Notes: generated by a model not told the origin, from the letters alone. A DNA stretch of 64,000 nt from Stylophora pistillata (GCF_002571385.2 NW_019217847.1:47599-111598), one strand, 5' to 3'. Counted from the first letter of the stretch, positions 50,112 through 63,683 are shown. Made by a program: numbers and translations.

Positions 50112-53100
50112 ATGGCTTCCTCTGATAAGGTATCTAGTTTAAGTAGTATCACGTCTCAAATCTTATGGTTGTTCTTTCTGACAGACGAATGTTTTCTGTG
50201 TTTCAGAAATTCCTCCTGACAGGAGCTCAAACCGATGGTAAGTCAGAATTGTTTATTTTACTTATTTAATGAATCGTTTGGTGTCGTTATTATTTGATTC
50301 GTTCCGCAAATGTACACATTCTTGGCCCTTCGAACAAGACTTAAAAGCATTCTTCTGCGCTTACTTAAAGCATCTCGTTAACATGTCTAGACTGTTAATT
50401 CGGTTTTCGCAAATAGCTATAACTGTCTTCTATTATTTCTCTCAAGGTTAGGCCAACCTTGCAAATATTCAAGCTATTATTAAGATATATTGCAGTTTCA
50501 ATTTGTCTTTTGCAGTATTGGGATTACTTATGCATGTACGTGGTTTTTGATAGCCCACAGTATGATTAAATCGTTATTGTTTGGAAGCGTTTTAAACTTT
50601 TATGAAGGTTTGCGACAAATCGATTGGCTCTTTTTTCATAACAAAACCATTGTTTTTTGTTTGACCCGTTTTCCTTTCAAAGTAATCAGTTCTTTTAACT
50701 CAACCTCTACGTGTGTTTTTCCAATAACTATTTGGTTATTTCACTTAAAAAACTACTTCATGGATACGGAATTTCCGGAACAATCCACCTTTCGTCATTG
50801 TGAGTATTTTGTACGCTTTACTGGTGGCGGTTCATTTATAATTCACGTGTTCGAGGATTTAAACATTTCCATTCATCACGAGTGAAAATGTTGAATGAAG
50901 AGCGTAGTCTCGATCCAAATCATTGAAAATTTAAGAAAAAAAGTTATTTGTAACGCAAAAACTGACGACCGACTTAATGTCTCTTTTGTTGGAGAAATGA
51001 GTGTTGTTTTGGGGGTTCTTCTCGCTTTATTTTCGACTTTTGCGTTGAAAATGTGGGCCCATACATACAACAATCATTAACATTTATATGAAAAATCTCA
51101 GGTACAACGCAGTGAACTTTGGGAGCTAATTACAAATAACAAAGTTGTTCTAGCCAAAAGCAGTCCTTGTTTAGAAAATTCTACCAAGTCTCAGTAAATT
51201 TGAGGCAAACAATTTGGCTTCAGACCAAATTTATTGTGGTAGGAAGGGAGTGTCACTACAAAAGAGCTTTCTCACCACCTGTCAAACTTCTTCTATTGTC
51301 TTGTGTCACATGGAGTCAATCATTAGAATTGAATAAGCACTCGAACTTGTTTTTACTTGTTGTTATGCTGGCCGCATAAATGTTGTCTCAGTTATAACTC
51401 TTAAATTGTATCAAGTATTTTAGTTTAAATGTTGTTCAGGTCTATTTTCAAATCATTGACTTTTCAATTTTGTTGCAATGATCTTATCGGTGGCCATACT
51501 ATGGCACCAGTGTGTACTTAAGATTTAAATGTTCTGAAATTCTCCTTGTTTAAAATAAGTCTTAAATGCCCATCATTTTGTAAAATATACTCATTATGTT
51601 CATTTATTTCATTAAAAGTTATTGTCATGGTGAGAGCTCTAGTTTATCTGCTATTCCAAATGTATCATGAGTATCAACCCTGTCCTTTGAAATCCCAGGG
51701 AGAGGAGAGGGGAGAGGGAGGGGATCTCTAGGGAGGTATGTTACAAAAGGGAAATTCCAAAGAAGGGTGGGATTCAAACCAAGCCAAATGCCCTTGAAGA
51801 TGAATGATAAATGTTTGATCCATGGTTGTTACTGTATGTTACAACTCAATGAAGTGTTTAACTTTTCCAGCTTTGTCTAAGGTGTTCAAGTTTGCTGATG
51901 TTGAGGAGACTGGGTATGTTGATGTGGCAACAATCTCAACTCTTGCTGTACAACTACTGGGAGCTCAGCTTAGTGAAAATGAGAAAGAAACAATAAATAG
52001 TAAAGCAGAGAGCAAGGCTGACAAAGGTGTAGTGAAGCATGTCATTTTTTAATTTTACCAGTTAAAGAGCTCACTGTGATCACAGCTACCTCAATTAAGG
52101 ATACGTGGTAGATGCAGTCTCCTTTACATCTCTGGCGTACATTTTTGTTTAGCTACTGAGTGCCAGCCACATGCATGAAGAACACTAAAAATAAGAAACT
52201 GGTTGAATTACTGTACATGAGGAAGGATAGGTTATCTTGATTTGAAAACGTCTTGAATACACAATCATCCTCATCTTCTTTGTGTCATCACTTTCTTTTG
52301 CTTTAGGGTTACTTTCTTACCAGAACTTTATAGAGATCATGATGGAGACAATGCAGGCTATGACACATTGGGGAAAGTTGAAGACAGTTCTAGAAGGTTA
52401 TGTTGGTTTTGATACAGTGCAGGAGCAAATCCGCAAAAAATCTCTCAAAAGAGGATTTGAATTTAATCTCATGGTTGTTGGTAAGTTTTTATCAGTTATG
52501 ATTTTATTTTTAATACCTTCAATTCTACTCTTTGACAAGTTAATTGGGTTTGAATGTGACTACTGTAAATTAAAATAAAATCTTATTGGCATTTCAAGTC
52601 AGTTTATAGTCATACATTCAGCAGTAGTTTGGTATATGCATAAAAATAGACCATTTTACAGTTGTGTACTTAGTTGCCAAGCCTTTGATTTGGAGAGAGG
52701 CTGAAGGTGACCTTGTTGTGGTAGAGACCAGTATCTAGTTGGCATGATAACAAAGTAATTTACATTTGAAAAGCAGCAAGGTCTGTATCAAGGTTTGTAT
52801 CATGCAGAAAACACAGTCACCCTTAGCCTCACTCCTATTCAAAGGCTTGGCAACCAAGCATGCAACTGTAAAATGGACTATTCCTGTCATCTTTTTCTCA
52901 CTTGATATGTATAGGAAGTATTCTTCTTTGAAAAAGACTGCAAGTGCTTTCCTTATTCAAAGATATGAAGGAAAAAGGCGAAAGATTCCTTTCTTGTCTT
53001 TTTTAGGTGCAACAGGCCTTGGTAAATCAACCATGGTGAACACTTTGTTTAAAGGAAGATTGAGTAGAATATCTTCCACTGGAGCCACCCCCTGTATTCC

Positions 53101-55719
53101 CAAGACTGTTGAAGTCAAATCAGTGAGTCATGGTGTGTTTGGGTTCATTGCTATCTTATAATCACCTGTGTTATTTCTTTGGTATTATATACTTTTTGGG
53201 TGAGATATGATACTTGGAATGTTTAGGTTAAGGCAAGGTTATGGGCGATAAGAAAGTAAATCTTTATGAATGCTATTATAAGCCAAAATTTCATTTCTTA
53301 TTTTGCAGTCATTGAGGAGAAAGGAGTAAGACTAAAACTTACCATCACAGACACACCTGGGTTTGGTGATCAGATCAATAATGAAAGTTGGTAAGGCTGT
53401 TCTACTGTTCATTGTATTAATAAGTTTTTTCGATACTGTAGATGCATGCCCCCCTTACTAACACTGTACATTTTGATGCCCTTAATGCCTTATTAGAGTA
53501 TGCTAAGGACCAGCTGACTCGCTGGTTCTACACAGCAGGTATACAGCAATGCAGCTGTACCTGTTTACCAAGAAATGTTTAGCAAATACTGTGAGTTAGT
53601 TCTGGTTGTTTTGGCTCCATCTGGTAGCATCTGTTATATTTATGTATACATGCTTTGTGAGATAGTATTCACATTTGCTATAATTAGCGTGAATCACCTT
53701 TATTATTGGAGTGGGAAACTCTTCAAATAAAACTGTATTAATTTGAATAAAAGTAAGATATGAAGGTCTGTTTGATAATGGTAGTAGTTATTTCACGCCT
53801 GTTTCAATTATGTTGCTGCAGCTGGGACCCAATCCTGCAGTTCATAAATGAACAGTACAACAAATATTTGAAAGAGGAAACTAGCATCAACAGAAAGCCT
53901 CGAGTTCCAGATAGCAGAGTTCACTGCTGTCTGTACTTTATTGCACCAACTGGCCACAGGTGGGTTCATCCTAACCAACACTAAGATCTTCTTTATTAAT
54001 TTTTGAAAAAATGGCTTGTTTTAGGTCAGTGGAATCCTGAAAAGTTGTGTACAGCTTTATATGAACAATTTTGTCCCAGTGGTGAGGTTTGTTAATTCCA
54101 AAGAGCAGCTGAATGCAGTACATCGAGCAATTTATTTTCTAAAGAAGTTTGAATATTAATTTTTTGTACATGTATGTGTGGAGTGTGTGTTGATGCTTAT
54201 AAAGTTTCCATGCAAATTTTAATGAACACTTTTATGTGTACATCTGCAATAGCAACTATTTGCATTGAAAAAATGCAACATTAATTAACAGGAAAAGCAC
54301 TCAAGGTGTTCAAAATGAAGTGGCTTGCCCAGTGATGAGTGACGGAGAACTGGTGTGCCCGATTGGTGACTTACGGCCATGGTTTGAATTTTTTTCAGGT
54401 TGAGGCCCATTGATGTGGAATTCATGAAGAGATTAGACAAGTGTGTCAATATTGTGCCAGTGATTGCAAAGGCAGACACACTAACTGTTGAAGAACGTGA
54501 AGCCTTCAGAAGGAGGGTACAGTCTAACTTCTGTGAATTTTCATGTATTTACCAGTCAGTTAATTTAGCTTTCCATTTTTGGACAATCGAAACACATTAA
54601 ATGAAATTATTCAGTACATGTGTTCTTATTGTAGCTGCGGGAGGATATAGAGAAAAATCGCATTAATATCTACCCAGTTCTTAATCGACATGACTTGGAT
54701 GAAGAAGAAGCTAGGACAACGTCAAGAATAAGGGTCTGTAAGAAATGGAATGTTACTTATGGAATTTGTTACTTAATGGAATTTGTTATTTAATGGAATT
54801 TGTTACTTAATGGAATTTGTTCCACAATGAACTAGCACATTGTTAATTTCGCCCAAAATTTTACTTATCATTAAATGATATAAAGTGAAGTATGAATATT
54901 TGTTGTTTAAGGTGCGTTTATTACATAATCACTGAGTCGATATTTTTCATTTTGAAGTACAAAGCTTTAGTGAAAGAGTACTAATCTAGTTCACATTGCC
55001 GAGATGTGGTCAGACCACATCAGTATTGGAAGTTCCTGTCTTACAGTTAGTTTATTGGCTTTTCTCAACGTTCTGTTTGCGTCATGTCTTACTTCTTAGG
55101 ATCAGCTGCCCTTTGCTGTAATTGGTAGTGATCGATACGTCACTGTGTCAGGAAAGCCAGTTCTTGGAAGGAAGACAAAATGGGGCCTCATTGAAGGTAA
55201 CGAGAATTTGCAGACATTCCGGCTAGTGTTGAAAATGTTCCTCTTGTTGTCGTGCATTTGCTAGAGGTAATTTATTTTATGATTTGCTTTCAGTTGAAAA
55301 CAAGAACCACTGTGAATTTTCTCAGTTACGAGACATGTTAATCAAGTAAGTGTGAAATTGGTGGACGAGCACAAGCTATTAAAGGATAGCTACCCTCTGG
55401 AGTCTGTTCCGGTCTGTCAGTTAGGGAAATATCGTGTGGGGACTAGGGAGAGCGACCGAAAGCCAGGCTAATGAGTCGCTTAAAATGGAGGACGTTTTTG
55501 TCGCAATCTATATGGGGATTTGTTGTTCTTGGAAATAATTAACAAACTTATATGTCTTTTCATAGAACACACATGCAAGATTTAAAGGAGGTCACAGATA
55601 ACATTCATTATGAAAATTATCGCCGCAAACATCTGACAGAGGAGAAACACGAACAAGTGGTTCTACAAAACAATGTAGTGAACATGGAGGACGTCATGGG
55701 TCAGGAGAGTAAAATTTAA
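50112..55719 (+). CDS. SEPT3/9/12-group septin with N-terminal EF-hand-like lobe; 12 exons (50112-50129, 50207-50237, 51871-52026, 52307-52480, 53007-53132, 53309-53390, 53822-53959, 54399-54516, about 54635-54733, 55100-55196, 55294-55345, 55566-55719)
   Basis: [17 protein letters not shown]1 [10 protein letters not shown]3 [19 protein letters not shown]4 AKAD, PFAVIGS..GRKTKWG and HYENYR motifs; no C-terminal coiled coil. Confidence 0.92.
52646..52882. mobile_element. MITE in a septin intron
   Basis: TIRs AATAGACCATTTTACAGTTG..TTGCCAAGCCTTTG and CAAAGGCTTGGCAA..CAACTGTAAAATGGACTATT. Confidence 0.8.
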
Positions 55720-57599
55720 AAGAGGCATGAGAGCAGAAGATTTTTTACTAGAAATTCTCGGTCATATCAGACTCAAGAAATATTTACAACTAATGTAAGA
55801 TGTTTGCTATTCAATATATTAATAATTTAGTCTTTGTTACAATTGTCGAAAATTGATGCGTTAAGTTTTCATAGTGCACTATGCATTGAGAAACTCTCTC
55901 GCAATGGTTTGTACAAAATGGTGCAGCTAGCTTTCTCTATCCCTATTGTATTAATGTATTGGAATCTACAATGACTTGGAATTCGAAATTTTGGTTCTGA
56001 CTCCTTTGGCTACTTAGATTAAAAAGTTATTGATATCAACAATTCCAAACAATCTAAGCTTGTTATTAATAGCGTTTTTTTCTAAATAAATTAAACTTAA
56101 AGTTTTTTCTTCAATAAAAACGCAAATTTCAATACGTAAATCATTGTTGGTGTCAGTAGCTTGGATTTCAACGGTATGTGGAGGTTGTATGGGGCGTTCC
56201 CATCAAATGCCTTGTTTCAGCAGAGCGAGGATGATCTATCAACGTTTTCTACCATCAATAAATCAAAATCATTGTCCCCAGCTGTAAAAATGTTTTCACC
56301 GGGTTTACCTGATAGAGGTTTTTTCACTCCATGTGATAGCCCTGAACAAAAACTCACCCTCGCTATTCCAAGGCGGGGGTAATAACAAGTTATTGTAACA
56401 TTACAAGGGTTGGAGATTAAGTGGGATAACAAGATAAAAGAACACTTCATTACCCATGTCGGCGTTTGTGCGCTCTTAATCACTGAAACAGCAACTGTTC
56501 TGCCCGAAATAACCTCTTGTTGTCGATCTGAGGCGAAAATGTGAGGGCTTCTCAACTCTAAGGTTGATTATTCCGACCCTTAAAGAACGAGGCTCGAATG
56601 CTTGAACTGAATCGAGTATAATGATCAACGCATACATCGTCTGAAAATTTTTATCCACCCTCCCAAGCCTGTTAGACCTTGAATTTATTCCTAACACCCA
56701 CGTTACCAGCAAAAAGGAACAAAAGCTTGGCATCGCTGTTGAAAAGAAAATAGAAACGTCATTCATGTTTTCAACTCAGTCAGTGACTCAGGTTTGTATA
56801 GACGCAACCGTAGTCATCATAACTCTTAGTTTGGAAGAAGTAAAGAGATACCTAACTGCAGAGCACGGGATTGGTCTTTGCAGATGTTTCGCTCTTCTCT
56901 CTTTCAGCGCGTTATGCCAATGCGTGACGCCAATGCGTGACCATGTTGGTCATGCATTAGTCTCGAATGCATCCTGTCTGCAATTTTCCTTTTACAGCAA
57001 ATCCACGAAGATTGAAGTTTGTTTGTAACGGCCTTTAAAATCGCCGTAAATCTAAATTACTTTGTATTTAAAGATTAAAAGGATTAAGCCATGATTGGTC
57101 GCACACACTCTTTTTTCTTCTTTTTTCCCCCTATATTTGTGACAGACATTGGCCAATAATATAGTTAAGTGTAGGTTAAAGTCCATTGTATTATTAGATC
57201 CTCCTGGCCGGTAACATTTAAATACTACACGTGGATGAGACAGGACATTTACTTCAGGTGTAATGTCCTAAATGCGTGAAAACCTGTTTTCTTTACCAAG
57301 AAACACTTTTGCAACATGTCAACGACTACAAAAACTACTTGGTAGGGACTGGTCAACAAAAAGCCTTTCGTGAAAAAAGCACAGGGGGCGTTGCTCACTT
57401 GTAATATTTGAAAAAGCCAAGCATTAAAACAGGACAGGTTGGTATTTGAACAAAAGCTGGTTTAGGTGACAAAGGTATAAAGGCCATGAAAATGCAATCA
57501 GAGATGCTTTGGAATTTTTTTCCTTCCACCACGCAGCATCGTGCTTGAGTTACGAGAACAAACAGGATCCATTGCTGAGGAAAAGCAAACTTGTTTAAC

Positions 57600-58455
57600 A
57601 TGCCTCGTTCATTTACACTAAGAAGACTGACTACGCCAAAACATTCGGACACGTCGCAAAGTACAGGTAAGGCTTCATTTTACTGAAATATAGGGTGTTT
57701 TTTCCAACCTTGATGCAAAAATTTTAAAATCTAAGTGTCTGAGGCGAAGGAGGCCAACCAAAAATTGAAAAAAAGCACTTAGCTTCTTTATTAAGCACCG
57801 TATATGATGTTTTAAGTCGTCTGCAGCTTAAAACCCACTTTTGAATATGCTGTTCATAAAAGTTCCCTTCTCATTTGTAGGAAGGGATGAAAGTGAAAGA
57901 GAACAAAAAGTCTTGGAACATCCAGATGCAGATAACACAAGAGTAAGGACTGAAACTAGCCAAGTAAGAAGTGATTGGAGTGTGACACAAGAGTTAGTAG
58001 ATGGGAGCCAATCGCAGGAGAGTGCTAATAGGGAATGCGCAGAGGGTCTGTCCTTTTCCATAGAAAAAATCCTGACTTTACCTGCCTCTGGAGCAAAACG
58101 TACCCATCGGAAACCTATTGTTAAAAAGTCCAGCAATGCTTCAAATTACCACTGCCCTCACTGCGGAAAAGTCTTTAAAACTAATTACACTTTTGGAAAG
58201 CACATGAAAATGCCCGAACACACGAGTGACAAGCCATTTGCATGTCAAACATGTGGCAAAGGTTTTCGTCTCTCCAGTACACTGTGTAGACACAAGATTA
58301 TCCACACCAATCAGCGACCCTTCAAATGTCACGTGTGTAACAAAGCCTTCAATCGCCAATCTACACTAAAGACACATTACAAAATCCATAAAGGCCTGGT
58401 AACGAATGACAACAATGTTGTACAGCCAAGCTACGGCTGCGTTGCAGTCTGGTAA
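57600..58455 (+). CDS. Fez/Fezf-like C2H2 repressor with SNAG-like N-terminus, eh1 motif and 3 zinc fingers; exons 57600-57666 and 57881-58455
   Basis: Starts MPRSFTLRR; phase-1 GT-AG join; FSIEKIL motif; fingers [18 protein letters not shown] and [12 protein letters not shown] match Fez fingers 2-3. Confidence 0.85.
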
Positions 58456-60115
58456 AGTGATCAAGGTGCTTGGTTTAATCAAGTTGCTTCGGACTTGCTT
58501 GCAAAAAAGTATTGTCCCGGTCCATGATAAATTTATCTTCAAGGTGAACATTTCTCGTGCAGATCTCTTGATCCGATAATTCGATAACTATCGTTAATCT
58601 CCACCCAGTGTGGTCCTTGCACATGATGTGTTGGAAAGTAGAAGTGTCAAAATTTGGTCGTGCACGTTTTCCAACATGATGTGTTGGAAAGTAGAAGTGT
58701 TAAAATTTGGTCGTACACGAGGATTTTCCTCGTAATGAGGATGTGTGTTGGGAATTGTTTCCTCTATTAAAATACCCTCAGAGGTGTTTACATTAATGTT
58801 GCATTAGCAGTGCTTGGTTGGTTTTTCCGCTTCAAAATTTATTTTAATCTCACATGAAACTCTTCAAATTAATTTCAATAAACTTGATGATACTTCAGCT
58901 CATTTTTCAAGCACTGCTAATGCTGATAAACACTGTTTGTGCTGTTGTACTTAGAAGAGTTTTTGAATACACTGAACATAGAAATTCTTACTTCTTATAA
59001 CCGCACAATGTTCTCATGTCTCGTGAGTCTAACCTGAGTTTTCCTATTTTTTCTCAAATAAAACTCGGAAATCAACGGCCAGCTAATGTATTTTTGAGCA
59101 AATAATGTGGTCAAGTCTGTATGTGTGTATTGGTTCTGATTCTTTGCGCTGCCGTCAGTTTTACATGTTCTCTTTTCAAATATTACTGTGCGTTTGGATC
59201 GAACCAAACATTGTTGGTTACGTGAATTATCCATACGATCTACACCTCCCCTTAATTTCAGTATTAATAGAAATGCAATGTGTTTGATATAAAAATGATA
59301 TCAAGTTTTCGAGTCCCCAATTCACCGAAAAAAGAATGAATCGAATTTCGATCTTTCGACGGTCTCTTTCTTCTTCTCCGCAATACTTTATTTCTTCCGG
59401 GCGATCCTGAATACAAATGCAAATAATAAACGCACTACTAAAATGGTTAAAAAATTGGATAAAAGATATTCTTCGTCGGTGGGTGTTTACATCGAAACAA
59501 CTTAACTCTTAGGCTGTTTATTTTCACTGGAATATTATGAAAAATGACAATAAAGCTTTTTAGAAAGACAACAAAACCCAAAAAACGCCAAAATAAAGCA
59601 AAGGCATTCAAAGACTGAGCATCGGTTTATTTTGACAAGCCGACCTGCCAAACATTACATATTAATGAGATTCTATGTCTTTCAGTCATTAAAACTAATT
59701 GCGCGCATATCACGGTAGGCAAAGGTCGTAAAAAAAGTGAATTCTGAGAACTAACATGTCGTTTAAATCCGAAGAGTCTACCCGGCTAATATTTTTTAGT
59801 AGTTCCTACAACAAATGTCATTGAACATCGGTATTAAACAATTTTTTTGTAGCACCTGTTCCAGAAAAGACTAGCGATATCTCAGTAAGTCTCAGCTGAA
59901 TTAATAATTTACTTATTAGGTACTTTGTGTGCAAGAAAGCTTACCAGCCAGTATTGTTCTTGCAACATCTTCCGCTCAGTGGGCATGTTACACTTATATT
60001 TACTAAGTCACGGAAAAATTCGTTGTTTTCTTTGGTCGAGCAGGACCTCTGATAAGAGGAGGATCTAACAGAAATTATCAACCCCAGACACGTTTTTTTC
60101 AAATAAGTATCTGAG

Positions 60116-63100
60116 ATGCTGCAGCTGCATGTAATGTTCAGCATCGAGGTAAAGTTGTATTTATTTCTTCTTGGTACATCAGCGGCGACCAGTGTGGCTT
60201 CTTACCCAAACTGTGACCAGCTCTCGTCAACCGAGCTAAGTTTTGACGTAGAATACTGGGAGACAAGCCCATATACAAGTTGCCGAGACACAAAGCAGAT
60301 GAGCTTGCAGTCCTGTGCAGAGGGTTAAGTATAAATATCATGATTCTAAATACATGTAGTTGTTGACACAGAAGAAGATGACACAGAACAATCTGACTCC
60401 GCAGAGCACGGCCCCCAACACATTTGAGTGTGTATTAACAACACGTTTGCGCAATACGATCAATTCCGTTTTAGTAGCTTTTTGTTTTAGGATGCAAAGA
60501 AACTTCCCAAGATCACTTTCCTCCTTGAATCTATGTTTTTATACTCATTTGGGTTAATTTTAACCTTGAAATGACAAAAAAAAAAAAAACAAGCCGGATC
60601 TGTAAATCGGATACTTGTGATGGAAAATTAATCCTGAGCCGGCTTCTAGGTGACAAAATTTCAACGAAAATAATTACAAATGTCGGTCTTCCTGTTTATA
60701 TGCACAGGAAGCGAAAAGAAAACACCAAGACAAAGCCTTTAATGTAACTGAGAACTCTTTATTATTATTATTTTTTGGGAGGATAGTTTGTTCCCTGGAG
60801 TGTGGTGTTTAATACACGGTTTGCGCTCGATTCAATGCTTAAAACAAGCTAAGTACAGTTATACAAGCCCACGTAAATGCCATCAAAATAACTTGCATTG
60901 CGAAGAACAAAAAGAGATTTTCGTATTTTTTCTACAGATACAGTTCATTAAAACTGTCACTCGACAGCAATTTCTTTTTCAGTTTGAAAGTAGGTCTTTG
61001 TTCACTAAAGGAAAATACGAAATAGGTATTGTTTTGTAAATTTTATACGATCTAAAACAAAAACTGTTAATCGCAGAGTTATGCAAAGCTCAGGCAAAGT
61101 AGATGCTATTGAATATCACTCCAAATTTATGAAAAAAGATTTTTTGGAATTACTATAATATTGCGGTTTTGACTTAGAAAGATATAAGCCTAAAATGCTA
61201 CGATCCTAAATTTTCGTTTTTATGTTTTCATAGCGAATTGCAAGCGAAGAACTCTCACACTGTGAGAAGTATGACAGCTGGCCAAAAAGATAAAATAAGT
61301 ATGACCAAGACAACTTAGAACGCTAGTTTTTACTTCCCACCCCTACTCCGTTAATTAGGGACCTTAATTCGATTAAAAAATGAATTTCTACTCTTAGTTA
61401 GAATTTCAAAAATGATTGCAGGAGCTTACTGTCTTATACGGCGCCACAGCTCAACTTCAGCATGACGTATAAAAGTAGCGTTGAGTTCCAAATGGAAATT
61501 AACATAATTTGCCGTCGCGGTTTCGGTTCGCAGACGACGCAAATTTTGGCGATTTCACGTTGTTGTTTTGCATGGGACGGCTAAGAAATGTACAAAGTTT
61601 CAAAATGCACGTCCCGAGCTATTGTTCAGCCAATTAGATTTCTTGTTTTTCCACGTCCTCGTTGCCGTCGCCGTTGTGGTTGCGTAAGGTCCCTTGAAAA
61701 TAGTAGTGCTACATTGCTGCTAGTCTAGTACCCAGACCTTTTACGGTCAAGCGGTTGTACATTTCAGTTACAATTACACGGTAGGATACATACAAACATA
61801 CATACATACATATACTTTATTTAATCTCGAATTTGGAGTAGCTAAAGAATAAGCTAGTATCTTCGAGTTACAAGTATAATTCTAAATACTACTAAAATGT
61901 AAAATGTAAAATTGTAACATTCTAAAATTTAACTATGAGAAAGAGTCATACTGTAGAATCTTGCGCTTGAAATCAGAAAAGTCAGACGTTCTAAAAGAGT
62001 CCGGAAGAGAGTTCCATAGTTTTGAAGCCATATATGAAAAGGAGTGAAGACCATAAGTAGTAGTTTTTGTAGACGGTAGAGACAAAATATAATTTCCGCG
62101 TAGATTATAGGATACAGACCGGAAACTAAACATATTCTTTAGATAGCCTGGATAGCAGTTAAAAAACAAGGTCTTGTACAATATGATCTGGTTACAAGAT
62201 TAGGTTCCAACTACTGTTAAATACCAAATGATATTCACCTTCTTTACCTCATCCCAGTTAATAACATAGTAAGCAATGCGTGAAATCAAATTCTATTGCC
62301 CCAGCCTACTCCATATTCCGATTGTGCACGCTGAAATGCATTGATATGGGAATTTCTCCCTAAGAAAAAAATTGAATCGACTACCACGTTGAAATTCAGT
62401 ATTAGCAGGTTCAGAACGTGCTATGCGTTTATCGAGAAATTTTTATGGAACTTCAAGTTGGAGCTCTTCAAACTTTCCGCATTCTATATATCTCGCTGAG
62501 TGCACGTCAACGCATGAACACAGCTGTCAATTTTCCTCAAATCCCTTTCTCAGATGAGAACCTGTTTAGCCAACTTCCAATAAGATCTACGAACTTAACA
62601 GGAGGATAAAAAGGGGCAATAAAGCACCTCTTCGATTCTGAAGGAGATTCTTCAGTTTTAGTGAGTGACCCAAGCATGCTCGTATTTTTTAAAACCTCAT
62701 CTCTATCGATCTTTGCAGCCGGCTTCCTTGGTACATTCCTTCGCCAGATGATCAAGCCCTCTAAAATTTCCTTCAAACCAACTGAGAAAAAATTCCAAAA
62801 GACTTCTTCGAATAACACTCAAAATGTAACCATTGCCATACCTTTTATGATAAAAAGGAACACGGACGATCCATGTGAGATTAAAGTACATCACTCCAAA
62901 GGACCAGCCTACATTGCTAAGAGAAACCGGATGAAGCCATTGGAACAACTTGGAGGCTCGTTTATTAACGGAGGACAGATTATCGGTTTGACCCTCATCC
63001 TCACGGTTATATCCGGGGTCTTTATATGGATACTAGTAAGTGACTTACACCATGCAAATGCGTCAGGCAAACAAATTTACTTTAAATTTGATTTATTTTT

Positions 63101-63683
63101 GTATTGTCTTTAGCTGACACACGGAAAGGGAAAAAAGCCTGATTATTCTGCTTCTAAATGGCCCAATTTTGCAGCCAATTAGGTCGCGACATGGACTGGC
63201 TCGTACTCGTCATGTATTTTGTTGTATAGCACGTAAATGTAACATCTCTTTCAACAGGATCGCCATAAGAATCCGGTGGACTTTCCCCCTTCGTTCATCA
63301 GTGGTTCCTGGCAGGGCTTTTGGTGGGCTTTCGTGACAATGACTACTGTTGGGTAGATAGCATTCATTGCCTTTAGATATTGTCATAAAGTTGTAAATTT
63401 CATATAAAAAATGTGTAATAGTAGTTATTATAAGAATAATAATGATGGTGATGATATCGATTTATTTAATTATATGATGGTAATAATTACGATAATTGTG
63501 TACTTACATGCAGTAGTTGATGTCTGTAGGTATGGAGACACATCTCCCAAGTCCGTGCCAGCTCGTTTATACAGTATTTTGTGGATGTTGTTGGGCATGG
63601 TCGCCTTCTCAGTTCTTACAGCCAATGTCACGAGTTCTTTGAATTATGAAATTGAAGAAGACTTGAATCTATTTGGCAAAACG
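60116..63683 (+). CDS. Partial GluR0-like K+-filter ion channel; exons 60116-60323, 62719-63035, 63258-63352, 63530-63683, continuing beyond the window
   Basis: Signal-peptide exon, about 150-aa ectodomain, TM (IIGLTLILTVISGVFIWIL), pore GFWWAFVTMTTVGYGD, TM ending FSVLTANVTSSL. Splice phases 1, 0 and 2 are all consistent. Confidence 0.82.
61357..61694. mobile_element. Degenerate MITE in the channel intron
   Basis: Ends AGGGACCTTA and TAAGGTCCCT, with CGTCGCCGT-type repeats. Confidence 0.5.
61787..62190 (-). mobile_element. LINE 3' fragment with (TATG)n tail
   Basis: YKTL...YNLRG...TTTYGLHSFSYMASKLWNSLP is a typical CR1/L2 ORF2 C-terminus. Confidence 0.8.

Noticed and set aside
57316-57341. 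Alternative first coding exon of the Fez-like gene
   Set aside because: The phase-2 donor is incompatible with the phase-1 acceptor at 57881.
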